DNA from: Candidatus Aenigmatarchaeota archaeon
Lineage (GTDB): Archaea > Aenigmatarchaeota > Aenigmatarchaeia > QMZP01
Length of the DNA: 64,000 bases
Assembly: GCA_038999435.1 (NCBI GenBank)
Contig: JAVZYR010000001.1
Coordinates: forward strand, 12,708-76,707
Direction of reading: 5' to 3'
In this document: in pieces, positions 19,348-29,205 of the stretch
How the letters are laid out: each line of letters begins with the position of its first letter
How positions within the stretch are numbered: the stretch's first letter is position 1
The notes under the pieces: generated by a model
Told to the model about the DNA's origin: nothing
Databases searched by the model: none
Seen by the model: only the letters and a program-made list of their open reading frames with translations
Made by a program: the position numbers and the translations under genes

Positions 19348-19584
19348 ATGGGGATTAAAATTAAAAGGCCTATTTACGAATCAAAAGAAAAGTATTTCAA
19401 AAGGATAGAAAAATGGTTTGTAATATTGTTTTCAATACTAATTATACTAATCGTTTTGTATGGTATTAACTGGTCATTTCAAAAAAGTGCATGGGAACTT
19501 GGGATATTCTTTGTAATCCTTGTTGTAATATTAATACCTATAACTATTGTTGCTATTGATATGATTACCTGGGAAGGAGAGTAG
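19348..19584 (+). CDS. Small two-TM membrane protein
   Basis: 78-aa ORF with two hydrophobic helices. Confidence 0.6.
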   Translation: MGIKIKRPIYESKEKYFKRIEKWFVILFSILIILIVLYGINWSFQKSAWELGIFFVILVVILIPITIVAIDMITWEGE

Positions 19585-19595
19585 AGCAGTTCAGT

Positions 19596-19739
19596 CTATG
19601 CTCCAGTTATCCTGAAAACGGTTGTTCCACACTTTGGACACTTTCCCTTTACTGCCTTTTTTCCTGTTTTCAGTTTTACTTCCTTTCCATCTGCTATTTC
19701 AACCTTTTTCTTGCACTTTACGCAATAACCTTGTACCAT
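19596..19739 (-). CDS. 47-aa basic Zn-ribbon protein (DUF5679-like); not in ORF track
   Basis: Hand translation MVQGYCVKCKKKVEIADGKEVKLKTGKKAVKGKCPKCGTTVFRITGA; SD GGAGGT upstream; two CxxC. Confidence 0.85.
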   Translation of the reverse strand: MVQGYCVKCKKKVEIADGKEVKLKTGKKAVKGKCPKCGTTVFRITGA

Positions 19740-19790
19740 TTTGACCTCCTTTTTTTATTATTTTTATTTTATATCCCTTTATAAATAAAA

Positions 19791-20006
19791 ATGGCAAAGC
19801 TTGCATTCTCAACTTTTAAACAGATTCTGAAGGAGGCATCAAAAGGGATAAGGGTTTCAAAAAATGCAAACATTGCATTTATAGAACATATGGAATCTTA
19901 TGCAAAATCTATAGCAAAGGAAGCTGCAGAGCTTGCACGTCATGCTGGTCGAAAGACGATAACAGAGGATGACATAAAATTTATTCTAAAAAAGAGAAAG
20001 GAATAG
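19791..20006 (+). CDS. Archaeal histone
   Basis: IRVSKNA...A.HAGRKTI..DDI histone-fold signature. Confidence 0.92.
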   Translation: MAKLAFSTFKQILKEASKGIRVSKNANIAFIEHMESYAKSIAKEAAELARHAGRKTITEDDIKFILKKRKE

Positions 20007-20007
20007 C

Positions 20008-20598
20008 TTATCTTGCACCCTCTGCTTCCTTTTCTATCCTTTGTCTTTCTCTTATCGCAAAACATTTTTGGTCATTTTGATATGCTGCAATTATTTCTTC
20101 TGCTATCGCCTCTGCAAGTGTTTTCTTCTTTCTGAAACAGCTTGAATATACACCTTGTGCAAGATGGCGAAGTGCTAAGTCGAGCCGTCTTTGTGGTGAT
20201 ACTACAACCGCCTTTCTCGCTATTATACCACCAAGCCTATATGCTGCTATTTCTTCAACAATGGCTGAATTCTCTATTGCTTTTATAAATATCTGAACAG
20301 GGTTTGCCTTTAACCTTTTTTCTATAATCTCAAATGCCTCTTTTGTTGAAAGGTAAATATTTTGGATATTTGCAGGGCAGTGCCCAGATGTAATTTTATG
20401 TTTCTTTCCACGATGGCCTGGGACCATAAGCTTATTCATAAATCTTTCAACAATATTAACCCTTTCTTTGTGTAGGTTAGGTATCCATCTCCCTCCAGTC
20501 CTTGGAACAATAATCGGCTTAAGATTTATGTATTTTTTCAATCCTAAATCTTCAACCTTAACATCCTTTGTATCCCATCTATTAAAAAGCAGAATCAT
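20008..20598 (-). CDS. rps7: 30S ribosomal protein uS7
   Basis: [26 protein letters not shown]. Confidence 0.96.
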   Translation of the reverse strand: MILLFNRWDTKDVKVEDLGLKKYINLKPIIVPRTGGRWIPNLHKERVNIVERFMNKLMVPGHRGKKHKITSGHCPANIQNIYLSTKEAFEIIEKRLKANPVQIFIKAIENSAIVEEIAAYRLGGIIARKAVVVSPQRRLDLALRHLAQGVYSSCFRKKKTLAEAIAEEIIAAYQNDQKCFAIRERQRIEKEAEGAR

Positions 20599-21023
20599 GC
20601 CCCACCTTTAGGTTTCTCTTTTTTACCTTTCAATATCTCAGAAAGAGCAACGCCATTGACCGCAATAACCTTATATTTCACACCATGCATCGAACCAACA
20701 GCCCCACCCTGTGATGCACCAAGGCCCTCAATGATGACCTCATCATGCTCATCTATATGTTGTATTGCACCTGTTTTTGGCACAACAGCCGTTACTTGTA
20801 TGCCATTTTTTAACAACTGACATCTTACAGCCTTAATTATACCTGAATGTGGCTGCTTTTGTTCTATACCTCTTTTTTTAAGAACGATTGCCCTTCCTTG
20901 TGGTGCACCTTCAAGAGGATCAAGGGCCCAGAGTTTGAGAAGCTTCTTCTTTTTTGCACGAGAGTTCCATCTAAACTTTTTCCTCTTTCTCTTCAGATTT
21001 CGTGCTGAAAACAGCCCGCTCAT
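20595..21023 (-). CDS. rps12: 30S ribosomal protein uS12
   Basis: [38 protein letters not shown]. Confidence 0.95.
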   Translation of the reverse strand: MSGLFSARNLKRKRKKFRWNSRAKKKKLLKLWALDPLEGAPQGRAIVLKKRGIEQKQPHSGIIKAVRCQLLKNGIQVTAVVPKTGAIQHIDEHDEVIIEGLGASQGGAVGSMHGVKYKVIAVNGVALSEILKGKKEKPKGGA

Positions 21024-21058
21024 ATATTCTTCTTATAAATTTATTTATTAATAATGTT

Positions 21059-21487
21059 ATGCAAGAACAAAAATATCCAGAACCAACCTGTGGGGCATTG
21101 ATTTTTAATCCAGAAGGCAGAATACTTTTGATAAAATCATATAAGTGGAAGAATAAATATACAATACCTGGCGGACATATTGAACTTGGAGAGAAGATTA
21201 AAGATACCCTAAAAAGAGAGATAAAAGAAGAGACTGGACTGAATATTCATGACATAAAATTCATCTGCTTTCATGAATTTATTTATGGTAAGGAATTTTG
21301 GAAGAAAAAGCATTTTATCTTTCTTGACTTTGCATGTAAAACAAAATCAAAAAATGTCAGGCTCAATTCAGAGGGACAGGGGTTTGTGTGGGTCACGCTG
21401 AGCAAAGCATTAAAAATGCCAATTGATTCTTATACAAGGAAAACAATAAAAGAATATTTAAAAAAAGCCAAATCTAAAATGCTATAA
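21059..21487 (+). CDS. NUDIX hydrolase
   Basis: PGGHIELGE...REIKEETG Nudix box; ATG 21059 preferred over 21002. Confidence 0.9.
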   Translation: MQEQKYPEPTCGALIFNPEGRILLIKSYKWKNKYTIPGGHIELGEKIKDTLKREIKEETGLNIHDIKFICFHEFIYGKEFWKKKHFIFLDFACKTKSKNVRLNSEGQGFVWVTLSKALKMPIDSYTRKTIKEYLKKAKSKML

Positions 21488-21685
21488 CAACTTTCTTCTC
21501 GTTGCAACAGCAACAGATATCCAGCAAAGCCCTCCAAGTAATACGAGAAGGAATGCAATTGCCAAAGCAAGCATATACGAGGTTGTTGAAACACCAACTG
21601 TCATTTCAAGCCTCTGTGTAATCCATATCGCTGCCAGCAGAAATATTGAGCCAATAATCCATACAGCCACAAGTTTTCCTGACAT
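21482..21685 (-). CDS. Small two-TM membrane protein
   Basis: 67 aa, two hydrophobic helices, directly downstream of rpoD. Confidence 0.7.
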   Translation of the reverse strand: MSGKLVAVWIIGSIFLLAAIWITQRLEMTVGVSTTSYMLALAIAFLLVLLGGLCWISVAVATRRKLL

Positions 21686-21686
21686 A

Positions 21687-22451
21687 TTAAGCTTTGGAGA
21701 GAAGCTTTTTAAATTCTTCTGCCTTTCCTATCAGTATCTCAGCAGCCTTTTTCACTATGTAATCAGGCTCAAGCCCTGATACGGATTCTATCCTGAATAT
21801 GAATTTGCTCTCATCACCTTTTATGTTAATTTCTGGTTCGCATGCCCTACACATATCACATTTTACAGGGTCTTTTAACAAAACCTTTTTTCCACTAACT
21901 TCTAAAATATCTTTTGGACATTTCTTTGCAGCTTTATCTGCCCCCTCACCTGTTTTAGCAATCTCAGGCCAATACTGATATCCAACTATTGCTGCCTGAT
22001 GCCTAGCATGTTCTTTTCCTATACCAAGCCTTGCTACAGCTTCTAATCTTATACTTTGTCCTTCAAGAAGTTCAACAATTGGAAAATCTGGACTAAGTGG
22101 TTTAACTGTTTTGTTTGAAGATATCATATCACCAGAATAAACAGTGCAAGGGCCACGCTTTTCTATTATAAATGAAACCTGGCATAAACTACATCCTTTC
22201 CCACCACATTTACATTCTTCAGAAAAATTAAATTTTTCCGGATCTGCTATAAGAGGTATAAGGCCTATTCTATGCGCTATCATTTCATCAAAGAGTATTG
22301 AAGTATTTTCATGTACATCTATCCATTTCACAGCTAGCACAGGAATCTCAGATTGCATGATTCTTCTCAATGCATTTGCAAAGGCAGGACTTGACCCTTC
22401 TAAAATAAATGTCAGCTTCTTTCCATCCTTTTTAACCATTTTAATTTTCAT
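21687..22451 (-). CDS. rpoD: DNA-directed RNA polymerase subunit D (Rpo3)
   Basis: FANALRR, AHRIGLIPL, G.GKEHA, Cys cluster domain. Confidence 0.96.
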   Translation of the reverse strand: MKIKMVKKDGKKLTFILEGSSPAFANALRRIMQSEIPVLAVKWIDVHENTSILFDEMIAHRIGLIPLIADPEKFNFSEECKCGGKGCSLCQVSFIIEKRGPCTVYSGDMISSNKTVKPLSPDFPIVELLEGQSIRLEAVARLGIGKEHARHQAAIVGYQYWPEIAKTGEGADKAAKKCPKDILEVSGKKVLLKDPVKCDMCRACEPEINIKGDESKFIFRIESVSGLEPDYIVKKAAEILIGKAEEFKKLLSKA

Positions 22452-22452
22452 A

Positions 22453-22845
22453 TCAATATCTTATCAATTTCAATTCAGCATTAAAATATTTTTCAACAAT
22501 CTCTTTTGCTATTTGTGCCCTTTTCCCGCTCACAGGATATTCAACATATGCAGTGATCACATTTTTATCCATCTCTAATTGTTTAACATAAGGTATCATA
22601 CCTTTTATTGTTTTCTCTACATCTTTTTCTATCCCAATAATTTGTACAGGTCTATTGATGATCTTTGATAAGGTTTTGATATTCATTCCATTTTTTCCTG
22701 TTATTGTGCCAATTTTTTTCCCATCAACCAGAAAATAGACACATTCATCTTTTGTTATGCAATCTATCGGGTGATTTTTGGTTATTTTTTCAAATGAAAC
22801 AATGTTTCTAAATTCTTCAGTTGAGAGCTTTTTTGCTACTTGCAT
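22453..22845 (-). CDS. nusA: Archaeal NusA-like KH protein
   Basis: G..TGKNG.NIK KH motif; follows rpl30e. Confidence 0.85.
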   Translation of the reverse strand: MQVAKKLSTEEFRNIVSFEKITKNHPIDCITKDECVYFLVDGKKIGTITGKNGMNIKTLSKIINRPVQIIGIEKDVEKTIKGMIPYVKQLEMDKNVITAYVEYPVSGKRAQIAKEIVEKYFNAELKLIRY

Positions 22846-23099
22846 ATTCCCACCATTAATGTGCTGAATGGTTTTCCACAGATTTGACCTAATCTCTTTG
22901 AATCACCATCAAATGCAACAATTTTTATTTTTGATATTTTTGCATAATAATTTAAATTTTTAACAACATCCTCAGGGCAGTTTTTTGCATAAAATATCTC
23001 CTCTATCTTACCTCTTTTCGCCATTTTAAAAACTATTTTGCTGCCTATACATATATTTCCTTTTTTCACTGCTTGCAAAATCTCTTTTTCAATAGACAT
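22836..23099 (-). CDS. rpl30e: 50S ribosomal protein eL30
   Basis: IGSK, A.NCP, LG.ICGKPF; start at MSIEK. Confidence 0.92.
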   Translation of the reverse strand: MSIEKEILQAVKKGNICIGSKIVFKMAKRGKIEEIFYAKNCPEDVVKNLNYYAKISKIKIVAFDGDSKRLGQICGKPFSTLMVGICK

Positions 23100-23475
23100 A
23101 ACCAAGTAGAACACCACCTGTACCTTTTTTCTTAGCATCATTATGGGTCATTACCCCATTCGGTGTACTTATTATGAGTATGCCTATGTTTGCTGCTGGC
23201 AGATATCTTTTTTCGAATTTTATTATTTCATTCTTAGAAGCAGAAAACCTTGGCCTTATTGCACCACAATTATTTATTTTTCCAGAAAGTTTTATCCTTA
23301 ACAGTCCACTTTTTCCGTCTTCTATGAATGTGACATCTGATATGTATTTTTCTTTTTGCATTATTTTCAGTATTGCTTTTGCAAGATTCGAAGCAGGGAT
23401 TATGCATTCCTTTTTACCCATCGCTTCCGCATTTCTTATTATTGTGAACATATCAGATATCAAATCGTGTTTCAT
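23089..23475 (-). CDS. rps8: 30S ribosomal protein uS8
   Basis: INNCGAIRPRF, YLPA, ISTPNGVMTH, GG.LLGYVY. Confidence 0.96.
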   Translation of the reverse strand: MKHDLISDMFTIIRNAEAMGKKECIIPASNLAKAILKIMQKEKYISDVTFIEDGKSGLLRIKLSGKINNCGAIRPRFSASKNEIIKFEKRYLPAANIGILIISTPNGVMTHNDAKKKGTGGVLLGYVY

Positions 23476-23476
23476 A

Positions 23477-23698
23477 TTACTGATATTTTTTAAACCCAAG
23501 TTTTTCTGCAACCTCCCTAAAGCATTGTCTACAATAATTAAGGCCGTATTTTCTCACAACACCTCTCGTTTTTCCACAAATCTTGCATGGATGTACAGAT
23601 TTTCCAAACTTCCTTTTTTTCGGTGAGCAAAATTTATCAAACCTTGCCAATTTTACCGGCTTCTCTTTTAACTGATTTCTTATTTCTTCTCTTGTCAT
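23477..23698 (-). CDS. rps14: 30S ribosomal protein uS14
   Basis: CKICG...[14 protein letters not shown]...GFKKY. Confidence 0.95.
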   Translation of the reverse strand: MTREEIRNQLKEKPVKLARFDKFCSPKKRKFGKSVHPCKICGKTRGVVRKYGLNYCRQCFREVAEKLGFKKYQ

Positions 23699-24201
23699 AC
23701 TATTCTAACACCGAGATTTGTTTTAACCCAATTTATTGTATCCTCTTTTGTTATCATATGTCTTTTGCCTATTTTTTTCTTTTTAATTTTTCTCATTTTT
23801 ATTCTAAAACCCGGCCTTTTTAAAGTCACACAAACATCCATCCCAAGAAGGCCTATTTCAGGTATATATCGAACACCAGGTATGTGAACATATTCTTTAA
23901 CACCAAATGAAAAATTCCCAGCATCAAATTGCGTTGCAGAGAGTTTATTATCATTTGCTTGCAAGAATCTTTTTAACCATTCCATTGCTTCCTTTCCTCT
24001 CAATGTAACCTTTACACCTATTGGCCTTCCTTTAGCCATGCCAAATGTGGTTCTTTTTTTTGTTTTTGTTATAACAACTTTTTTACCTATTATTTTTTCA
24101 AGTAAGGTTTTTGCCTTCTCAAGTTTTGGCCCTGCCTCTCCTGCGCCTATGTTAATTGTTACCTTTTCCAGTCTTATCTCCCGCATCGGATTTTCTTCCA
24201 T
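23695..24201 (-). CDS. rpl5: 50S ribosomal protein uL5
   Basis: [31 protein letters not shown]. Confidence 0.96.
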   Translation of the reverse strand: MEENPMREIRLEKVTINIGAGEAGPKLEKAKTLLEKIIGKKVVITKTKKRTTFGMAKGRPIGVKVTLRGKEAMEWLKRFLQANDNKLSATQFDAGNFSFGVKEYVHIPGVRYIPEIGLLGMDVCVTLKRPGFRIKMRKIKKKKIGKRHMITKEDTINWVKTNLGVRIV

Positions 24202-24874
24202 GTTCGCCTCCTAAAACCAATACGTATTCCTTAAGCGTTTCTATACTTTCATTTTGGCTCTTTATTTTAACAGTAGAAACCTGAGTCAAGTCTTTCCTTT
24301 CTTTAATACTCTCTATTTTTCCTTTGGTTCCTATATTTTTACCAGATATGATAATTGCTGTCTGACCTTTTTCAAAAGGATAATGGTCTAATATCTTTTG
24401 TTCAGGTATTGATATGAGAAGGCTATCCCCTGTTTTGTATTTTTTGTCTTTAACTAAAATATTTCGACCATCATGTAGGTTAAGTTGGATAAGACCTCCC
24501 TTTACATTTTTCTTTCCTATTATTTTGCATATCTTTGTTTCAGCATCTTTCTTTCCTATTTTTTCAAGTTCATATCCTCTTTTCCCAGGTACTACGCGAT
24601 AAATACCAAAACCTTCTATATCAATTACATCCATAAGCCCAACAGGAAATGCTGGCTCTTTTCTAACCTTTCCATCAATCTTTACCTTGCCCTCTTTAAT
24701 GATTTTTTTTGCCTCTTTTGCTGTATCAGCAATACCAAATTTATCCCTTAATATAATCTGAAGAGGGAGACATGCATGGGCAGGATGGGGCCCTGGCTTA
24801 GGTCTTACGACCCAAGTATATGGCTTAACGGGTAATCTCCACTCAATCGGCATTGCATATCTTTTGAGTCTCAT
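24152..24874 (-). CDS. rps4e: 30S ribosomal protein eS4
   Basis: LKR, PGPH, FPVGLMDVI, QLNLHDGRN. Confidence 0.96.
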   Translation of the reverse strand: MRLKRYAMPIEWRLPVKPYTWVVRPKPGPHPAHACLPLQIILRDKFGIADTAKEAKKIIKEGKVKIDGKVRKEPAFPVGLMDVIDIEGFGIYRVVPGKRGYELEKIGKKDAETKICKIIGKKNVKGGLIQLNLHDGRNILVKDKKYKTGDSLLISIPEQKILDHYPFEKGQTAIIISGKNIGTKGKIESIKERKDLTQVSTVKIKSQNESIETLKEYVLVLGGEHGRKSDAGDKTGKGNN

Positions 24875-25251
24875 TTTTTGCTTAATACCTCCATTCTTTT
24901 CTTATCATCAAGATTTAGGCTTATTATTTTAAGATTAGATGCATTAATAGGTCTCAAAACCTCACTCCCATCTGCCTTTTTCATTTTAAGCCCTTCAATC
25001 CAGACCTTTGCATCTCTAAGGCTTATTCTTTCCACTTTTCCTTTAAATCCCTTTTTATCTCCAACCTCAATCTCAACCTCATCACCTTTTCTTAGTGGAA
25101 GTGACCTCCTGCCATATTTTTTTCTAAGTTCAGCTGAGAGATGCGCAGATACAAACTTTCTTCTCACATGCAATGGTGCGTTTGCTATATATTTTCTCTG
25201 CTTTCTTGGTTGTTTGCTACCCTTCCATTTATTTGACCATCTCCTTTTCAT
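24871..25251 (-). CDS. rpl24: 50S ribosomal protein uL24
   Basis: SKQPRKQRK, NAPLH, RKGDEV KOW. Confidence 0.96.
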   Translation of the reverse strand: MKRRWSNKWKGSKQPRKQRKYIANAPLHVRRKFVSAHLSAELRKKYGRRSLPLRKGDEVEIEVGDKKGFKGKVERISLRDAKVWIEGLKMKKADGSEVLRPINASNLKIISLNLDDKKRMEVLSKK

Positions 25252-25646
25252 ACTACTATACTTGCAATTTTGCCTATTGCTGTAAACCTCTCAACAACCT
25301 CCCTTGCAACAGGCCCTTTAATCATCGTTGCTTTTGGTTCAAACCTATCATCTACTAATACTGCTGCATTATCTTCAAATGAGATAGATATACCATTTGG
25401 TCTTTTCCATACCTTTTTCTGTCTTATTATCACAGCCTTTACAACTTGATGTCTTATATTTTCATTACCCTTACTGACCCTGCATGTTACCACATCCCCA
25501 ACACCTATTCTTTGTGCAAGCCTCCATCTTGTTTTTATAGTTTTAGCAGATATGATTTGAAGTTCTTTTGCCCCAGAATTATCAGCGCAAACAAGGTAGC
25601 TACCAACAGATAACCCACGAACCATTTTTGATGTCAAGGCTTTCAT
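25248..25646 (-). CDS. rpl14: 50S ribosomal protein uL14
   Basis: CADNSGAK, FEDNAAV, GPVARE. Confidence 0.96.
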   Translation of the reverse strand: MKALTSKMVRGLSVGSYLVCADNSGAKELQIISAKTIKTRWRLAQRIGVGDVVTCRVSKGNENIRHQVVKAVIIRQKKVWKRPNGISISFEDNAAVLVDDRFEPKATMIKGPVAREVVERFTAIGKIASIVV

Positions 25647-25981
25647 TTTTGTCCCTCCTTTTCAATTTTTGCAACTATAACAAAATTTTTTGTTTTTGAG
25701 AGTGGTCTGCATTCGGCTATTAGCACATTGTCGCCTTCTTTTGCTTTTATGCAATCAGGGTTATGTGCGGATACTTTTGACCTCTTTTTTTCAAACCTTT
25801 CATATTTTGGAACCCAATGATGATACTCCCATTCAACTACAGCAGTCCTCATCATTCTTACCGACTTTACCCTACCTTCAAATATCCTTCCTCTTACTGA
25901 TAGACTGCCATGCCAAGGACAGCGTGTATCCTTGCACACCTTTTCAGGCGGTTTGACATCTATACCTATCGATTTCTTCAT
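25643..25981 (-). CDS. rps17: 30S ribosomal protein uS17
   Basis: CPWHGSLSVRG, KYERF, AECRPLSKTK. Confidence 0.96.
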   Translation of the reverse strand: MKKSIGIDVKPPEKVCKDTRCPWHGSLSVRGRIFEGRVKSVRMMRTAVVEWEYHHWVPKYERFEKKRSKVSAHNPDCIKAKEGDNVLIAECRPLSKTKNFVIVAKIEKEGQK

Positions 25982-26021
25982 AATGATTATGAATTTATTT
26001 TATATTTAAGTTTGTGTTTTA

Positions 26022-26294
26022 TCAAATTTTCAAAAACCTCTTTTTTATTCTATCCTCTGGCCTTATCAAAAGTACCTTTCCATTAATCTTTATCCATCTC
26101 TTTCCCACCTTAAATTCAAAAACACAATTTTCCTTTGGTATTTTTATAATTTTTCCTTTTGCATCTATACTAAACATATTTTTTGTTTCATCGACTATTC
26201 TACCTTCAATCCCAACCCATTGTGGATTTGTACTCTCAACAACTTTAATGGACATTCCAATAAATTCGGTCTTTGCAATCTTCTCTATATTCAT
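26022..26294 (-). CDS. rnp1: RNase P protein component 1 (Rpp29/Pop4)
   Basis: EFIG, GIEGRIVDETKNM, RPEDR; canonical position. Confidence 0.92.
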   Translation of the reverse strand: MNIEKIAKTEFIGMSIKVVESTNPQWVGIEGRIVDETKNMFSIDAKGKIIKIPKENCVFEFKVGKRWIKINGKVLLIRPEDRIKKRFLKI

Positions 26295-26596
26295 GTTATT
26301 TCAATTTGTTCTTCAGGAAAACCGAGTTTAATCAAAATACTCTTTATTTTTTCTTTATGATTTCCTTGTAACTCTATTGCATTATCCCTTATCGTGCCAC
26401 CACACGCAAGCCTGGTTTTAAGTTCCTTAAATATCGGTTTTATATCTATCTCTTCTGATATACCCTGCACGATTGTTGCAGTTTTTCCGTATCTTCTTTG
26501 TACAGTAAAAACCCGTATCTTTTCTCTTTCTTTTGCCAATATTTCACAAGTACAGAGCTCCTTAGGAAGCCCACATTTGGGACAAATTTCAGGCAT
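26291..26596 (-). CDS. Translation initiation factor aIF-1 (SUI1)
   Basis: CPKCGLP.ELC, RRYGK, LACGGT, IELQG. Confidence 0.95.
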   Translation of the reverse strand: MPEICPKCGLPKELCTCEILAKEREKIRVFTVQRRYGKTATIVQGISEEIDIKPIFKELKTRLACGGTIRDNAIELQGNHKEKIKSILIKLGFPEEQIEIT

Positions 26597-26792
26597 GTCT
26601 TTGTTGTGACATATGCATCTTTATCCTTGCTATCGTCTTTCTTATTTCTTTTATCTTCCCTGGAGAAGAAACAGATGCGCCTACTGCTATATTAGCCCTT
26701 TCTTTTGCTAACTCCATCTCAAATTCAGCTAATTTAGCTTCAAGCTCTTTTGCTCCAAGCTTTTTGATGTCTTTATATTTTAAAATAGCCAT
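26589..26792 (-). CDS. rpl29: 50S ribosomal protein uL29
   Basis: MAIL, PGKIKEIRKTIARI. Confidence 0.93.
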   Translation of the reverse strand: MAILKYKDIKKLGAKELEAKLAEFEMELAKERANIAVGASVSSPGKIKEIRKTIARIKMHMSQQRHA

Positions 26793-26818
26793 GGATATGA
26801 ATTTTATTTATTTTATAT

Positions 26819-27484
26819 TTAAATTTCTTCTACCTCCTCTTTCTCTGCCTTTTCAACAACATCAATTAACATCTCTGCCCTTTCTTTGATTTCTTTTGGC
26901 TTTATCCTTTTCCCTGTTATATCTTCATATTCACACATTATCCTTACTTTTATCCCAATTTTACCAGGTTTTGTTTGTGCCTCTTCATATGCTTCATCAA
27001 CAAGCCTATTTTTTGGCTCCCCACATATTTCAAGATGGCCCTTTCTGAATTTGGCAGTCATTGCTTTTGCCCCACCAAGTTTTCCTGAGAATGTTATCTC
27101 AACACCAATTGCACCAGCAGCCATAATCCTTTCAACTGCAAGGTTTCCAATCCTTTTGTAATTGAATCCTTTTTCTATTGCAGATGCTATCTGTTTTGCC
27201 ATAATCTTTGCATCAAGGTCAGGGTTTTGGACAAGTTTAACATCTATTTGAGGATTTTCTAACCCAAATTTTTGTTTTATTGCATCTGTTATCTCTGTAA
27301 TAGTTTTTCCACCTCTTCCTATAATCCTGCCTGGTTTGTCTGTCCATATCACAATCCTTATCCCAAGAGGGGTTCTTTGCAGCTCTGTTCGTGAATAGTC
27401 ACCAACAGGAAAATTTTCCTTTATAAATTTCTCAACCTCAAGTTCCTTTATACCCTGATTTACAAAAAATGAATCTGTTTTCAT
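26819..27484 (-). CDS. rps3: 30S ribosomal protein uS3
   Basis: TPLG, PGRIIGRGG KH motif, GA.GVEI..SGK. Confidence 0.96.
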   Translation of the reverse strand: MKTDSFFVNQGIKELEVEKFIKENFPVGDYSRTELQRTPLGIRIVIWTDKPGRIIGRGGKTITEITDAIKQKFGLENPQIDVKLVQNPDLDAKIMAKQIASAIEKGFNYKRIGNLAVERIMAAGAIGVEITFSGKLGGAKAMTAKFRKGHLEICGEPKNRLVDEAYEEAQTKPGKIGIKVRIMCEYEDITGKRIKPKEIKERAEMLIDVVEKAEKEEVEEI

Positions 27485-27864
27485 CTCTCCTCTAATACCA
27501 CCTGAATGTGTGTCATTCTTCTTGTTTGTCCTCTTAACTTAAATCTTCTTGGCCTTCTTGCGGTCCAACCACGATGTGCAGATGCATGAACGAATAGCCT
27601 TTCAGAATCAAGGCCTTTTGCTTCAGCATTTTTTTCAGCAGAATTTAAAAGCTCAAGTACAGAGCTTGCTGTTTTTGTGTAATATTTTCCGTTAAGCGAA
27701 GCCCTTTCGGATATCAGCTCATTGAGAAACTTCTTTGCTTTGTCAAGCCTGAGCCCAGTAATTGCCTTGCAGATAGCTACAGAATGTTTTGTTGATATAC
27801 TTAATCCTCTACCATACGCCTTTGCAAAGTTTTTCGATTTTGGGGTATAGGCATATCTTAGCAT
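27481..27864 (-). CDS. rpl22: 50S ribosomal protein uL22 (short form)
   Basis: ISTKHS..IC, NAE.KGL, THIQVVL. Confidence 0.9.
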   Translation of the reverse strand: MLRYAYTPKSKNFAKAYGRGLSISTKHSVAICKAITGLRLDKAKKFLNELISERASLNGKYYTKTASSVLELLNSAEKNAEAKGLDSERLFVHASAHRGWTARRPRRFKLRGQTRRMTHIQVVLEER

Positions 27865-28361
27865 TACTTACCCTCCTTTTTCTGTGCTGTACTTGAACCA
27901 GGTTGTGCCTTTTTTCTTATCACACCAACACTTCTGCCTTTTCTAAAAGATGATCTGGTCCTCTGTCCCCTTACAGGCAGTCCTGCTGCATGTCTAACGC
28001 CACGATAGCATTTGATTCTTTTGAGTTCATTTATATCAAAACTTACAGCAAAATCGAGCTGTGAGCTTAAAAGATGTCTTGTTTGACCTGTTGGGTCTTT
28101 TCTTCTATTAAAAAGCCAAACAGGTATTCCATATTTTTCTGGTTGATGCAGCATATCCTCCAATTTTTTAATTTCAGCCTCATTTAGTTCAGAAAGCTTT
28201 TTCCCGTAAAAACCGCCTGCATGGGCTATAGCATTAGCAAATGAAAAAGATATACCTTTTATTTTCATTAAAGCCCGTGCTACATCTTTCTGTCCATCCA
28301 AATCCGTTTCGGCTAACCTTATTATTTCTTGCCCCTTTTCTTTACCAATCTGTTTTGCCAT
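27864..28361 (-). CDS. rps13: 30S ribosomal protein uS13
   Basis: IKGI, P.WLFNRRKD, YRG.RH..GLPVRGQRTRS. Confidence 0.96.
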   Translation of the reverse strand: MAKQIGKEKGQEIIRLAETDLDGQKDVARALMKIKGISFSFANAIAHAGGFYGKKLSELNEAEIKKLEDMLHQPEKYGIPVWLFNRRKDPTGQTRHLLSSQLDFAVSFDINELKRIKCYRGVRHAAGLPVRGQRTRSSFRKGRSVGVIRKKAQPGSSTAQKKEGK

Positions 28362-28395
28362 ATTTGCTTATTATTTAAATTATTTTAAATAAATA

Positions 28396-29205
28396 GTGAC
28401 TATGAGATTTTCAGTTTACACCATTGATGGAAAGAGGACTGGCCATATAGATTTAGCCAGGCTTTTCTCAATACCCATTAGGGATGATGTCATAAAAAAG
28501 GCTGTTCTGGCAGAGAGGGCAGCTGCGCGTCAACCTTATGGCCGAGATGAACTAGCCGGAAAAAGGACATCTGCACATTATCATGGTTTGAGGCATTATA
28601 GATGGACTATGATGAACAGAGAGATGGCAAGAATGAAAAGGATACATCATCAAGGCTATCTTGAATGGACAGCCCGGTTTGTACCACAGGCCGTTAAAGG
28701 TAGACTTGCACACCCTCCACTCGTAGAAAAAGTATGGAAACAAAAAATAAACAAAAAGGAAAGGATTCTTGCATTGTTATCTGCAGCCAGCGCGACAGCT
28801 ATCCCTCAACTTGTAAAAAACAGAGGTCACAAATTAGAGAATGTTCAGCTACCAATTATAGTTGAGGATGACATTGAGGCTATAAAAAAGGCAAAAGAAC
28901 TTGAGGCTTTTCTTAAAAAGATAGGGCTTGAACATGAAATAGAAAGGATAAGAAAAACAAAACAAAGAGCAGGAAAGGGTAAAAGGAGAGGGAGAAGAAT
29001 CATAAAAAGAAAAGGGCCATTGATCGTCATAAAAAAGGATAGAGGGATAGGCCTAATTTCAAGTATTCCTGGTATTGACATAGTTAATGCAGAAAAGCTT
29101 ACGGTATCGCATCTTGCCCCTGGAACAACACCAGGTAGGCTATGTATATGGAGCAAGGGGGCATGCGAGTTTATAGACAAATTAGGTGAAAAAATAGGTG
29201 GTTGA
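28396..29205 (+). CDS. rpl4: 50S ribosomal protein uL4
   Basis: RQPYG, AG.RTSA, GRLAHPP, RAGKGK.RGR, LAPG..PGRL. Confidence 0.95.
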   Translation: MTMRFSVYTIDGKRTGHIDLARLFSIPIRDDVIKKAVLAERAAARQPYGRDELAGKRTSAHYHGLRHYRWTMMNREMARMKRIHHQGYLEWTARFVPQAVKGRLAHPPLVEKVWKQKINKKERILALLSAASATAIPQLVKNRGHKLENVQLPIIVEDDIEAIKKAKELEAFLKKIGLEHEIERIRKTKQRAGKGKRRGRRIIKRKGPLIVIKKDRGIGLISSIPGIDIVNAEKLTVSHLAPGTTPGRLCIWSKGACEFIDKLGEKIGG

